This document shows positions 17,294 to 26,952 of a DNA stretch of 32,000 nucleotides, in pieces. Made by a program: the position numbers and the translations under genes. Every line of letters begins with the position of its first letter. The first letter of the stretch is position 1. The notes below the pieces were generated by a model, which did not search any database, was not told the DNA's origin, and worked only from the letters and a program-made list of their open reading frames with translations. This DNA is from Halorhodospira halophila SL1 (GTDB taxonomy: Bacteria; Pseudomonadota; Gammaproteobacteria; Nitrococcales; Halorhodospiraceae), in contig NC_008789.1 of the NCBI RefSeq assembly GCF_000015585.1, positions 1,380,001-1,412,000 on the forward strand. The letters are read 5' to 3'.

Positions 17294-18520
17294 ATGCCCC
17301 GCCTGTCCAAATCCCGCTTCATCGCCGGCTGGCAGTGCCCGCTTCGGCTCTGGTATGCGGTCCACGAGCCCTGGCGAGCCACGCCGCCTGATCCCCAGTT
17401 GCAGGCGATCTTCGACCAGGGCCACCGACTCGGGCAATTGGCTCAGCAGCGCTATCCATCCGGGGTGCTCGTCGAAGCGGATTACCGGCACACGCGTCAG
17501 GCCCTCGAGCAAACACAGGCGCTGATGGCCGACCCGGGGCGTACCGGCGATCTTTGAAGCCGCTCTGGAGCACGAACAGGTCCTGACCCGAGTGGACGCG
17601 CTCGTTCGAAACGGTGACGGGTGGGACCTGGTCGAGGTCAAGGGCGCCACGCGTGCCAAGGAGGTTTTCCAGCTCGACGTGGCGATCCAGTATTGGATCC
17701 TCACCGGTGCCGGCATCCCGGTACGCGATGCCGGGCTGCTGTTGATCGACCGTGACTACGTCTACCCGGGCGGCGCGCACGACCCCCAGGAGTTCTTTCG
17801 GTTCGAGCCGCTGACCAGAACCTGCGAGCAGTGGCGTGAGTGGATCGAGACGCAGGTCGTCTCCTTCCAGGAGGTTGCCGCCCGTACAACACCACCCCAG
17901 ATCGAAATCGGGCAGCAGTGCTTTAGCCCTTACCCCTGCCCGTTCTACAACCACTGCTCTGCTGACAGGGAGTGGCCCGAGCACCCGATCGAGGAGCTAC
18001 CGTATCTGGCCGGCGAGCGTTACCAGGGCCTCCTCGAGCAGGGTGTCACAACCATCGACGCCATCCCCGACGATTACCCGCTTACCGGCGCTCAGAAGCG
18101 GGTCCGAGACGCCGTTGCCAAGGGGCACCCCTGGACCGATCCCGACCTGGGTGAAGCCGTTCAGGGCGTGGATTAGCCTCTCTTCTTCCTGGATTTCGAG
18201 ACCGCGCAGCCGGCCTTACCCCGTTACCCCGGAACCTCGCCGTTCCAGGCCTTGCCGTTCCAGTTTTCCTGCCATATCCAACGAGCCCCCGGGGTCGCCC
18301 CGGAGCACACGGACTTTCTGGCTACCGCCGATACCGATCCCCGGCGCCCGCTTGCCGAGGCACTGCTCAACGCACTCGGTGACCGCGGATCGATCGTCGT
18401 TTACTCCAGCTTTGAGCGGCGGGTCCTCGGCGAACTCGCCGATGCGCTACCGGATCTCGCTGAGCCCTTAGCCGCCCTTCAGGACCGGCTGTGGGATCTG
18501 CTACGGGTCGTGCGAGACTA
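17294..18520 (+). pseudogene. DUF2779-family protein (Cas4/RecB-like Fe-S PD-(D/E)xK nuclease plus DEDD-like exonuclease domain), disrupted
   Basis: MPRLSKSRFIAGWQCPLRLWY, DLVEVKGAT, CFSPYPCPFYNHC (the Cas4-type Cys cluster together with the N-terminal Cys) and FFLDFET...PFQFSCH. There are three lesions. One is a +1 frameshift in a G run near 17535. One is an in-frame TAG at 18174-18176. The third is a 3' truncation by the IS30 end at 18521. Confidence 0.8.
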
Positions 18521-19314
18521 GCTGATCTCAAGAATCAAGCGCAACAGTCTTCGAGAAGGCCTGAAGCTCTTCAGTCATGGCCTCCTCGGGCGTTCTGAAG
18601 TCCAGTGCCTTGCGTGGCCGCTGGTTGAGAAGCCGCGCAATATCATTGAGTTGGGTCTGGCTCGGCTCGCTGAGATCGGCGCCCTTGGGCAGGTACTGGC
18701 GCAGCAGGCCGTTGGTGTTCTCGTTGCTGCCACGCTGCCAGGGCGCGTGCGCATCGGCGAACCAGATCGACAGATTCAACCGCCGGGCAAGCCGCTCATG
18801 GCAGGCCATCTCGCTGCCCCGGTCGTAGTCAGACTCTGACGCAGGATTGCCGGCAGGCGCCTCATCTGCCGATGGAAGCCCTCCAGGGCGGCCTCGGCGG
18901 TACCGTCGTGCATCTTGCTCAGTACGACGTAGCGGGTCTTGCGCTCAACCAGCGTGCCGACCGAGGAGCGGTTGTAGGCGCCCTTGATCAGGTCGCCCTC
19001 CCAGTGGCCGGGCATCAGCCGCTGCTCGATCTCTTCAGGCCGATAGGCGATGCGCAGGTGCTCCGGGGCGATCGAGCCGCCTCGCGCGGCCGTGCGCCGC
19101 CGTTGCCCGCGCTGCGGTTTCTGGCGGCGAAGCGCCCGGATCAGCTCCTGCTTGAGCGAGCCCTTGGGATGGGCATAGATCGCCGCGTAGATGGTCTCGT
19201 GGCTGACGCGAGCCTCAGGATCCTCGGGGTTCATACGCGCCAGTCTGCCGGCGATCTGCTCGGGAGACCACTGCCAGTAGCACAGCCGGTCCAGGACGTA
19301 GCGATACAGCCATC
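18521..19314 (-). mobile_element. IS30-family element, second copy, degraded (1-bp deletion and 5' truncation of the transposase)
   Basis: Near-identical to 9266-10060, with a few SNPs. One G is missing near 18826 (GTCGTAGTCAG versus GTCGTAGGTCAG), which splits the ORF into 18528-18809 and 18776-19345. It is cut at 19314 by the IS3 left end. Confidence 0.88.
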
Positions 19315-19370
19315 TGGTCTTGCCCACCAACCGTGGACACCTCAATAGCTACCATTCGACGAGGTGATCC

Positions 19371-19685
19371 ATGACGAGGCAAGCTACTCAGATGAGCAAG
19401 ACCAAGGCGAAGTCCAAGCGCACACGCTACACCCAGGCCTATCGAGACGAGGCGCTGGCGTTGGCCGAGCGCGTCGGCGTCAGCGAGGCGGCCCAGCAAC
19501 TCGGGATCCAGCCGGCGCAGATCTACCAGTGGCGCACCAAGGCCCGGACCGAAGCGGACCGCTCGCAGCGAGAGCGGGAGTTGGCCGAGGAGAATGCCCG
19601 GCTCAAGCGTCAGCTCTCGGAAGCGAATGAGGAGCTGTCGATCACAAAAAAGGCCGCGGCGTACTTCGCGAAAAACCAGAAGTGA
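19371..19685 (+). CDS. IS3-family transposase OrfA (HTH)
   Basis: 104 aa with an HTH (VSEAAQQLGIQPAQIYQWR) and a leucine-zipper-like tail. Contains the A6G frameshift site. Confidence 0.88.
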   Translation: MTRQATQMSKTKAKSKRTRYTQAYRDEALALAERVGVSEAAQQLGIQPAQIYQWRTKARTEADRSQRERELAEENARLKRQLSEANEELSITKKAAAYFAKNQK

Positions 19686-20548
19686 AGTACGCGTTCATCG
19701 ATCAGCAGCGTCACGAGCACCGGGTCCAGGCGATGTGCCGCGTCCTTGGCGTTGCTCGCAGCGGCTTCTACGCATGGTGTCGGAACAAAGCTGTCCGCGC
19801 CGCACGGGAAGAGCGCCAGCAGGCCTTTGATGGGCAGGTGCAAGAGGCCTTCGAAGACTCCAGGCAACGCTCTGGAGCGCCTCGACTGACGCGAGAGCTG
19901 GACGGGCAAGGCGTGTCGGCCAATCGCAAGACCGTGGCCCGGAGCATGCGCCGTCAGGGCCTCCGGGCACGCACGTCACGCCGGTTTAAGGTGACGACGA
20001 ACTCGGCTCACAGCCTGCCGGTCGCGCCAAACCACTTGGCCCAGCACTTTGAAGCGGAGCAGCGGAACCAGAAATGGACTGGCGACATCACGTATTTGGC
20101 GACCGGCGAAAGATGGCTCTATCTCGCGGTCGTCCTGGATCTTTGTGGCCGCAAAGTGATCGGTTGGGCCATGCGCGAGCAGATGAGCGCTGAACTGGCC
20201 TGTGAGGCGCTTCAGATGGCCCTGGAACGGCGAGGCTACCCCACGGGGGTCATCGTCCATACGGATCGAGGCAGCCAGTACTGCTCCCGTGCGTACCGCA
20301 GGCTCATCAGCGACTACGGGCTGATCAGCAGCATGAGCGCGAAGGGCAGCTGCTACGACAATGCCTGCAACGAGAGCTTTTTCCGTTCCCTGAAGGTCGA
20401 GGCCCTGCATGGCGAGAAATTCCCCACGCGGGCCTCGATGCGTGAGGCCGTCTTCGAATACATTGAGGGCTACTACAATCGCCGGCGTCTTCATAGCACG
20501 CTCGGGTACCTATCCCCGGACGACTACGAGGCCCGGCTTAATAGCTAA
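19682..20548 (+). CDS. IS3-family transposase OrfB (DDE/rve integrase core); normally expressed as an OrfAB fusion by -1 frameshifting
   Basis: WTGDITYL...HTDRGSQYCS...CYDNACNESFF...YYNRRRLHSTLGYLSP are the canonical IS3 DDE motifs. Confidence 0.9.
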   Translation: MKYAFIDQQRHEHRVQAMCRVLGVARSGFYAWCRNKAVRAAREERQQAFDGQVQEAFEDSRQRSGAPRLTRELDGQGVSANRKTVARSMRRQGLRARTSRRFKVTTNSAHSLPVAPNHLAQHFEAEQRNQKWTGDITYLATGERWLYLAVVLDLCGRKVIGWAMREQMSAELACEALQMALERRGYPTGVIVHTDRGSQYCSRAYRRLISDYGLISSMSAKGSCYDNACNESFFRSLKVEALHGEKFPTRASMREAVFEYIEGYYNRRRLHSTLGYLSPDDYEARLNS

Positions 20549-20578
20549 CACCGTGTCCACGTTCGCTGGGTAAGACCA

Positions 20579-21316
20579 CCCGGCAGAGCGCTGCCAGCTC
20601 GCCGAAAGCACCTGCTCAACGGCGGGTTTGAGCCCCGGTGAGCGTCACAGATGACCAGCTCGACCCCGCACCCGTCAAACCCCGACCGATGACCTCGCGG
20701 AGGAACTGCTTCGAGAACCCCTCCGTCTCGTTCGACCCCAACGACAGGCCCAGTGCCTCCCAGCGCCCTACGGTGTTGACGCCGACCGCGATCAGGCAGG
20801 CCTTAGAGATCACCCGGCCGTGCTCGCGGACCTTGATGTAGGTGGCATCGAGCAAAAGAAATGGCCAGCGCCCCTCGCTCGGTCGGCTCAGGAACGCCCC
20901 CACCCCCTCGTCGATGAACTGGCACAGCCGCGAGACCTGCGAATTTGAGATCCCCTCCATGCAGACGGCCTTGACGAGCTCGTCGACGGAGCGGGTCGAC
21001 ACCCCCTGGATATAGGCCTCCTGAACAACCCCGACGAGCGCCTGCTACATTGCCGCCGCGGCTCCAGGAACGAGCGCAGATAGTTGGCGTGGCGCAGACG
21101 CGGCACCTTTAGCTCCATGGAGCCGACCCGTCTGTCTTAGCGCCGGCTACGGTAGCCGTTGCGATAGTCCGTGCGCTAATGGCGCTGATCCCCCCACATC
21201 GAGTCCGCCTTGGCCTCCATGAGCTGCTGGACGATTTCATGGACCAGCATGCGCAGAAAGTCGACGTCGCCACCCTTCTCAGCCATCTCCAGCAGTGCGA
21301 ACCTGTTATCAGCCAT
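20579..21316 (-). pseudogene. IS256-family transposase, degraded and 3'-truncated by IS3 copy 1
   Basis: My minus-strand translation gives MADNRFALLEMAEKGGDVDFLRMLVHEIVQQLMEAKADSMWGDQRH*, then YRNGYRSRR*DRRVGSMELKVPRLRHANYLRSFLEPRR. After a frameshift it reads STRSVDELVKAVCMEGISNSQVSRLCQFIDE...LLLDATYIKVREHGRVIS. These are typical IS256 motifs interrupted by stops and frameshifts. Confidence 0.8.
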
Positions 21317-21709
21317 CGCGGACCTCCATTCGATTGGGTTTCTTCGTTTACTGGCCCGAATCCTAACGGGGTCGGCGGTGGCCCTTCACCTCCCTGAAGC
21401 CCACCCCACTACAGCTGCCCTGCTGTAGCTTTTACGCATTCCTGGGGACTCTACTGCAAGACCAGATTTCCGTCGCTAACTAATCGCCGAAGTGTCTACC
21501 TTCGAGTTATCTTCGTGACTAGGGAGTTCCGCGTATACTGCGCCCATTCTGCGACAACGTGCCCGACTAGCAGAATATGCCTCCCCTTCACGCACGACCT
21601 ATACTTGCCATCGATAGTCTGCGCTAAGGTGCCGGCAGGATAGGCTCGGATAACTTTTCACACCCGTAGACCTCCCAAATAACCATCAGCCCTCTAGCTG
21701 GGTGATCGC

Positions 21710-23038
21710 ATGAGGTTCACTATGGTTGATAACAAAACCCCTCAGATTAGTGTACAGAAAATCACGCTAAGGATCTTTATGGGGGCGTGCTTTATCCTGA
21801 TGTGTATAGCCTGTAACTCATCGAGCGACAACGATGAAACGGAGCACGAGAGTGATACGCCGGAGGTAACACATGAATTAACTCTCGAACCCAGTGAATC
21901 CAGCCTTAAAGCTGAGTGGCTTGACTCTGAGGATGTGACCTACAATCTGATTTACGGCCAGGACGAGGACATTTTAACCGATCCAGCTAACTACGCCACC
22001 TACGATGGGAGCATGGATCAAGACGTCAGCTCTCCACATGAAATCAAGGGACTGGAAAAGGAATCGACTTACCATGTTGTTCTTGAAGTTGACGACGAGC
22101 GTGGCACCCGTTATCCAGCGAAAGAATCAACTACGCTGAATTCGGAAAAAATTTTAAGCTCGAGCGATGTGTTATGGATATTTGAAAAGCATGATGGAGT
22201 CGTACGTAGCCTCGCAGCGTATGATAGCACCGTTTACAGCAGCGGCAACGATGAGACGGTCCGCGCCATAGACGCAAAAAGTGGGGACGAGATATGGGTT
22301 TTTGAGGAGCATTTTGACTTTATCTACAGCGTTGAAAACTATGAGGGCACAGTCTACAGCGCTGCCCGAGGCGGTGCATCAAGCATAAAAGATGGTTATG
22401 ATAGCACCGTCCGCGCAATTGATTCTGGAACAGGTGAAGAGAAATGGGTGTTTGACGGTAACAGATCTTTTTATGACGTTGCCGCAGCCGACAACTCCGT
22501 ATATGCTGCAAAATCAAGCGGGAGCGTCCTTCAGATAGACGCTGAAAAAGGATCAAGGAAACAGGTTATCGGACAACATGATCGTCAAGCCAGAGGCGTT
22601 GCGGTAGCGGGCGGGACTGTATTTAGCGCCGGTCATGATACAACTATACGCGCTTTCGACGTAGAACAAGAAGAAGAGAAATGGGTCTACGAGGGGCCAG
22701 AAAGCCCCCACAAAAACTTCTTGAGTGTTGCAGCAACCAAGGAAGCAGTTTACGCGGGCAGCGACACCTCTATAAGGGCGCTTGACGCTGATACAGGCGA
22801 GAAGCAGTGGGCTTATGAGGACATACAGTCCGGTGGGTTTTACACCGTTAAAGAACTTGGCGACGTGGTATACGGCGGAAGCCTTGACGGAAAAGTTCGG
22901 GCAATCGATTCGAAAACGGGTGAAAAGAAGTGGGTCTTTGCAGAACATGAAGACCACGTGCGGGCTGTCGTGCCAACCGAACATGCTATATATAGTGGCG
23001 ATAGCGGCGGGACAATCTTAGCTATTGATCCCCCTTGA
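21710..23038 (+). CDS. Lipoprotein with FN3-like segment and PQQ-like/BamB-like beta-propeller repeats
   Basis: Lipobox-like FILMCIAC followed by an acidic linker. The motif (D/G)xT(V/I)RA(I/L)Dxx(T/S)GE(E/K)KWV(F/Y) recurs six to seven times about 40 aa apart. AT-richer than the surroundings. Exact start uncertain. Confidence 0.78.
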   Translation: MRFTMVDNKTPQISVQKITLRIFMGACFILMCIACNSSSDNDETEHESDTPEVTHELTLEPSESSLKAEWLDSEDVTYNLIYGQDEDILTDPANYATYDGSMDQDVSSPHEIKGLEKESTYHVVLEVDDERGTRYPAKESTTLNSEKILSSSDVLWIFEKHDGVVRSLAAYDSTVYSSGNDETVRAIDAKSGDEIWVFEEHFDFIYSVENYEGTVYSAARGGASSIKDGYDSTVRAIDSGTGEEKWVFDGNRSFYDVAAADNSVYAAKSSGSVLQIDAEKGSRKQVIGQHDRQARGVAVAGGTVFSAGHDTTIRAFDVEQEEEKWVYEGPESPHKNFLSVAATKEAVYAGSDTSIRALDADTGEKQWAYEDIQSGGFYTVKELGDVVYGGSLDGKVRAIDSKTGEKKWVFAEHEDHVRAVVPTEHAIYSGDSGGTILAIDPP

Positions 23039-23189
23039 AAAACTACTAGGCTGCTGGAAAAGTCGGTTTTGTCATGTCATAAAGGTTGTCGTTGATCGCG
23101 TAATGGTCCAGCGCACCGGTTTGGCCTGGAAACTGGTCTTGCCCACCAACCGTGGACACCTCAATAGCTACCATTCGACGAGGTGATCC

Positions 23190-23504
23190 ATGACGAGGCA
23201 AGCTATTCAGATGAGCAAGACCAAGACGAAATCCAAGCGCACACGCTACAGCCCGGCCTATCGAGACGAGGCGCTGGCGTTGGCCGAGCGCGTCGGCGTC
23301 AGCGAGGCGGCCCAGCAGCTGGGGCTCCAACCGCCGCAGATCTACCAGTGGCGCACCAAGGCCCGGAACGAAGCGGACCGCTCGCAGCGAGAGCGGGAGT
23401 TGGCCGAGGAGAATGCCCGGCTCAAGCGTCAGCTCTCGGAAGCGAATGAGGAGCTGTCGATCACAAAAAAGGCCGCGGCGTACTTCGCGAAAAACCAGAA
23501 GTGA
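23190..23504 (+). CDS. IS3-family transposase OrfA (copy 2)
   Basis: 104 aa, differing in a few residues from copy 1. The A6G slippery site is at 23465-23471. Confidence 0.85.
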   Translation: MTRQAIQMSKTKTKSKRTRYSPAYRDEALALAERVGVSEAAQQLGLQPPQIYQWRTKARNEADRSQRERELAEENARLKRQLSEANEELSITKKAAAYFAKNQK

Positions 23505-24369
23505 AGTACGCGTTCATCGATCAGCAGCGTCACGAGCACCGGATCCAGGCGATGTGCCGCGTCCTTGGCGTCGCTCGCAGCGGCTTCTACGCATGGTGCC
23601 GGAACAAGGCGGCCCGCGCCGCACGGGAAGAACGCCAGCAGGCCTTTGATGGGCAGGTGCAAGAGGCCTTCGAAGACTCCAGGCAACGCTCTGGAGCGCC
23701 TCGACTGACGCGAGAGCTGGACGGGCAAGGCGTGTCGGCCAATCGCAAAACCGTGGCCCGGAGCATGCGCCGTCAGGGCCTCCGGGCACGCACGTCACGC
23801 CGGTTTAAGGTGACGACGAACTCGGCTCACAGCCTGCCGGTCGCGCCAAACCACTTGGCCCAGCACTTTGAAGCCGAGCAGCGGAACCAGAAATGGACTG
23901 GCGACATCACGTATTTGGCGACCGGCGAAGGATGGCTCTATCTCGCGGTCGTCCTGGATCTTTGTGGCCGCAAAGTGATCGGTTGGGCCATATGCGCGAG
24001 CAGATGAGCGCTGAACTGGCCTGTGAGGCGCTTCAGATGGCCCTGGAACGGCGAGGCTACCCTACGGGTGTCATCGTCCATACGGATCGTGGCAGCCAGT
24101 ACTGCTCCCGTGCGTACCGCAGGCTCATCAGCGACTACGGGCTGATCAGCAGCATGAGCGCGAAGGGCAGCTGCTACGACAATGCCTGCAACGAGAGCTT
24201 TTTCCGTTCCCTGAAGGTCGAGGCCCTGCATGGCGAGAAATTCCCCACGCGGGCCTCGATGCGTGAGGCCGTCTTCGAATACATTGAGGGCTACTACAAT
24301 CGCCGGCGTCTTCATAGCACGCTCGGGTACCTATCCCCGGACGACTACGAGGCCCGGCTTAATAGCTAA
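23501..24369 (+). pseudogene. IS3-family transposase OrfB (copy 2), frameshifted
   Basis: Split into track ORFs 23501-24007 and 23893-24369 by the 2-bp insertion near 23990. Confidence 0.85.
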
Positions 24370-24399
24370 CACCGTGTCCACGTTCGCTGGGTAAGACCA

Positions 24400-24553
24400 T
24401 CTTGGCTTACTTCGAACACCCGATCACCAGCGGGACAATCGAGGGGCTCAACAACCGGATCAAGACGGTCAAGCGCCAGGCCTACGGCTTCCGGGACATG
24501 GAGTATTTCAAGCTTCTGGTCCGTCACCTGAACGACCCGATCGTGCAGGCATG
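24400..24553 (+). pseudogene. ISL3-family transposase, C-terminal fragment
   Basis: My translation LAYFEHPITSGTIEGLNNRIKTVKRQAYGFRDMEYFKLLVRHLNDPIVQA* matches the conserved ISL3 C-terminus (ITNGxxEGxNNKIKxxKRxAYGFR). It starts directly at the IS3 copy 2 right end. Confidence 0.75.
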
Positions 24554-24713
24554 AACGGGCGCTCAGAGAGCACTTTCGGCGGCGCCGCCGAGGGACACAT
24601 CACAATGATGGAATCCGTGAAGACCCGAGGTTGTCGGTACACAGGTTCATTTCATTGGATGCTGCCCCGCCGACGGCCAGGCAGCGTCCGGAGAACCTAT
24701 AAGATGAATTAGG

Positions 24714-25700
24714 CTATGAGCCCTCCCACCTCAACTCATCCCATTCCAGATGAATGCTTCCGCCACCCTCTATATCAGTAACGGTGGCTCCGTCGTTTCT
24801 GTACTTGATTCGTAAATCGTACCCGTCGGGGTGTTTTACGCGGATTTCCCCGTCACAAATCCATCCGTGCGCTTCATCCTCAAAGGCACTCCAGTTCCAT
24901 TGGTCAAACTTCAAGTCGACTTCAGTGGAGACCTCGGCGTATCCTTCGTCGTACCCGTAGACTTTCTCACCGTCATCTTCTAAATACCAGCCAAAGCCAC
25001 CCGATATACGCATCCGATAGGGATTAATTGTTTCCTGCTCCCAGGTGAAGTCGGAATCCCATCGGATTTCGAATAGCTCATCATCCTCGTGCCAGCGGCC
25101 GGTGAGTCCTGAATCAACCGTAATGACTCTGGGTACGCTAGTCGTGTCGCGGTACGATCTTGAGTAGTCACCTTCTACTTCGAGCTCTCCAGGGAGCTGG
25201 TTTCCGCCGCCATCAAAGAATCTATCCGTGTATTCGACTTCAAAATACCCCTCACTATCGCTCGGACCTTCGTCAACAGGACCTATGCTGGAAGCTCGAA
25301 TTGTGCCGTCCCGTTCGACATATTCATCACCAAGCTCAGATTGCCAGCTGTGGAACCGGGACTGCTCGTACGTCAGGGTTTGGTCCGCGAGCGTTAATGT
25401 CCCGTTCTCGGGGCAGTCGGGCGGCTCGTCTTCTTCTTCGCTAGCGCAACCGTAGTGCTCGAGGTATTCTCCAGTGCGCTTCCAGAGATCTAGAAGCACC
25501 AGGTCTTCGGTCACGAATTGAGCGACTTCTTTCATTGTCGCATCGGAAGCTGCCTGAGGCGGTGATTCGTCAGTTTCCCCATTCGAATCGTCATCATCGT
25601 CGTCGCTGCTGAGACAACCACCAAGCAACAGACTACTCAGGAGAATGGTTGAGCTGTAGATGGTCCAGCGAGAGATGGCTTTTTTATTGGTGTGGGGCAT
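24714..25700 (-). CDS. Lipoprotein of unknown function
   Basis: Signal peptide plus lipobox (LLSSLLLGGC) followed by a poly-Asp linker (SSDDDDDDSNGETDES). The body is acidic and Trp/Tyr-rich. AT-richer than the flanks. No family recognised. Confidence 0.72.
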   Translation of the reverse strand: MPHTNKKAISRWTIYSSTILLSSLLLGGCLSSDDDDDDSNGETDESPPQAASDATMKEVAQFVTEDLVLLDLWKRTGEYLEHYGCASEEEDEPPDCPENGTLTLADQTLTYEQSRFHSWQSELGDEYVERDGTIRASSIGPVDEGPSDSEGYFEVEYTDRFFDGGGNQLPGELEVEGDYSRSYRDTTSVPRVITVDSGLTGRWHEDDELFEIRWDSDFTWEQETINPYRMRISGGFGWYLEDDGEKVYGYDEGYAEVSTEVDLKFDQWNWSAFEDEAHGWICDGEIRVKHPDGYDLRIKYRNDGATVTDIEGGGSIHLEWDELRWEGS

Positions 25701-25789
25701 CCGTATCGTCCTTTTTCTTTTTTTTGGTCGACGTTACACGCAAAGGGCTCTAAGATCATAAGGGATTGCATCATGACGTACAACACGGA

Positions 25790-26130
25790 AGGTTAGCTGT
25801 TGCGATCTGGCGGATCCTCAACCACTACCTACGTGGAAGCGGCTCGCCATTGCTCAGCAGGACCTCAGCAGCGTCCGTGCTGTCGGCATCGCCGAGACGG
25901 CCTGGCGGCGCGGGCAGAACTACATCACGGTCTTGTAAAATCTCGATGCCCGCAGCCTGCTCTTCGCCTTTCAGGGGCGGAACCAGTCGATTATCGCGGA
26001 TTTTGGGTCCCTTCGCGGATCGTGTGGCTGTCAGGAGGTTGCCGCGGGGTAGTCGGTTAAGCATCTGTGCCTATATGTTGTGCCTCGCCGTCCCCGCCCA
26101 AGCGAGGAGCTGTCATGGCCACCGAGCATG
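25790..26130 (+). pseudogene. ISL3-family transposase, internal fragment with frameshifts (boundaries approximate)
   Basis: One frame reads DLSSVRAVGIAETAWRRGQNYITVL* (compare ISL3 GIDExxxRKGHxYxTVxxD). Neighbouring frames carry WRILNHY and LDARSLLFAFQGRNQS-like pieces. Confidence 0.5.
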
Positions 26131-26232
26131 CCCTGTTCACCGGCGCGCTGGTATGCGTCCGGTGAACCCCGTGTATCCACCGTAACGTCCACCGGTTAGC
26201 TTGGCCCCGTGTTTTGATCCGCGACCACGGAG

Positions 26233-26841
26233 GTGGCGATGGCCGGCGGGACTCAAGAGCGCAAGCGCGCCTTCTGCGCGCAAGAGGGCGTGGCCGAGAG
26301 CACCTTCACCGCCTGGCGCCGACACCTGCAGGCCGCTGCGGTGGCACCGAGCGCGGCACCGAAACCGGCCGAGGCGACGGAGCCGACGCCTTCGGCGCCA
26401 GAGCCCGCTGGTGGCCTGTTCGCTGAGCTTTCGTTACCGGGCGCCTCGCCATCGGACGACCCCCTCCGGGGTAAGCAGGACGCTGCGCCCTGGGGGTCGA
26501 GTTGGACCTCGGCGCCGGGGTCTTCTGCGGATCCGGCGGGCCCCGGGGTGCTGACGCCGCCGCGGCGCCTGTGGCTGTGTACCCGGGCGACGGACATGCG
26601 GTGCTCGTTCGATGGTCTTGCCGCGCTGGTGCGTCGCCACCTCGGGCGGGATCCGCTCAGTGGGCAGGGCTTCATCTTCGTCAATCGCCGGCGCACCCTG
26701 ATGAAGCTGCTCTACTTCGACGGCGACGGCTACTGCGTGTGGAGCAAACGCCTCGAGCAGGGTCAGTTCGGCGTGGGGGGCGCTCAGGTACAGACCGTGG
26801 AGGCGCTGACCTGGACGCAGTTCGCCGCATTGCTTGAGTAG
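26233..26841 (+). CDS. IS66-family accessory proteins TnpA-TnpB (fused in one frame); orphan, no TnpC present
   Basis: The N-terminus (RKRAFCAQEGVAESTFTAWRRHL) is HTH-like, as in IS66 Orf1. The C-terminal half LWLCTRATDMRCSFDGLAALVRRHLGRDPLSGQGFIFVNRRRTLMKLLYFDGDGYCVWSKRLEQGQF is the IS66 Orf2/TnpB signature. Confidence 0.75.
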   Translation: MAMAGGTQERKRAFCAQEGVAESTFTAWRRHLQAAAVAPSAAPKPAEATEPTPSAPEPAGGLFAELSLPGASPSDDPLRGKQDAAPWGSSWTSAPGSSADPAGPGVLTPPRRLWLCTRATDMRCSFDGLAALVRRHLGRDPLSGQGFIFVNRRRTLMKLLYFDGDGYCVWSKRLEQGQFGVGGAQVQTVEALTWTQFAALLE

Positions 26842-26952
26842 GACTGAATCTGACTATACCTTGAGTCTCGCCCAGCGCCGCGCCGGTTATGAGGCTGGGC
26901 GCAAGGGTTTGGAAGGATGCAGCAGGCCTTAAGCGGATAATAACCGTCGGGC

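Larger units (their letters stand above)
19315..20578 (+). mobile_element. IS3-family insertion sequence, copy 1 (apparently intact)
   Basis: Terminal inverted repeats are TGGTCTTGCCCACCAACCGTGGACAC (left) and the complement of TGGTCTTACCCAGCGAACGTGGACAC (right), with TG...CA ends. orfA and orfB are in the 0 and -1 frames. The slippery heptamer A-AAA-AAG lies at 19646-19652 in the orfA frame. Confidence 0.9.
23134..24399 (+). mobile_element. IS3-family insertion sequence, copy 2 (orfB inactivated)
   Basis: Same inverted repeats and organisation as copy 1, with scattered SNPs. It is 2 bp longer because of a 2-bp insertion (GGGCCATATGCGCG versus GGGCCATGCGCG) near 23990. Confidence 0.9.

Noticed and set aside
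17530-17540. Programmed frameshift in the DUF2779 gene
   Set aside because: The shift occurs in a simple GGGG run without a slippery heptamer or downstream structure. The gene also carries a nonsense codon and an IS truncation, so decay (or a homopolymer sequencing error) is the simpler explanation.
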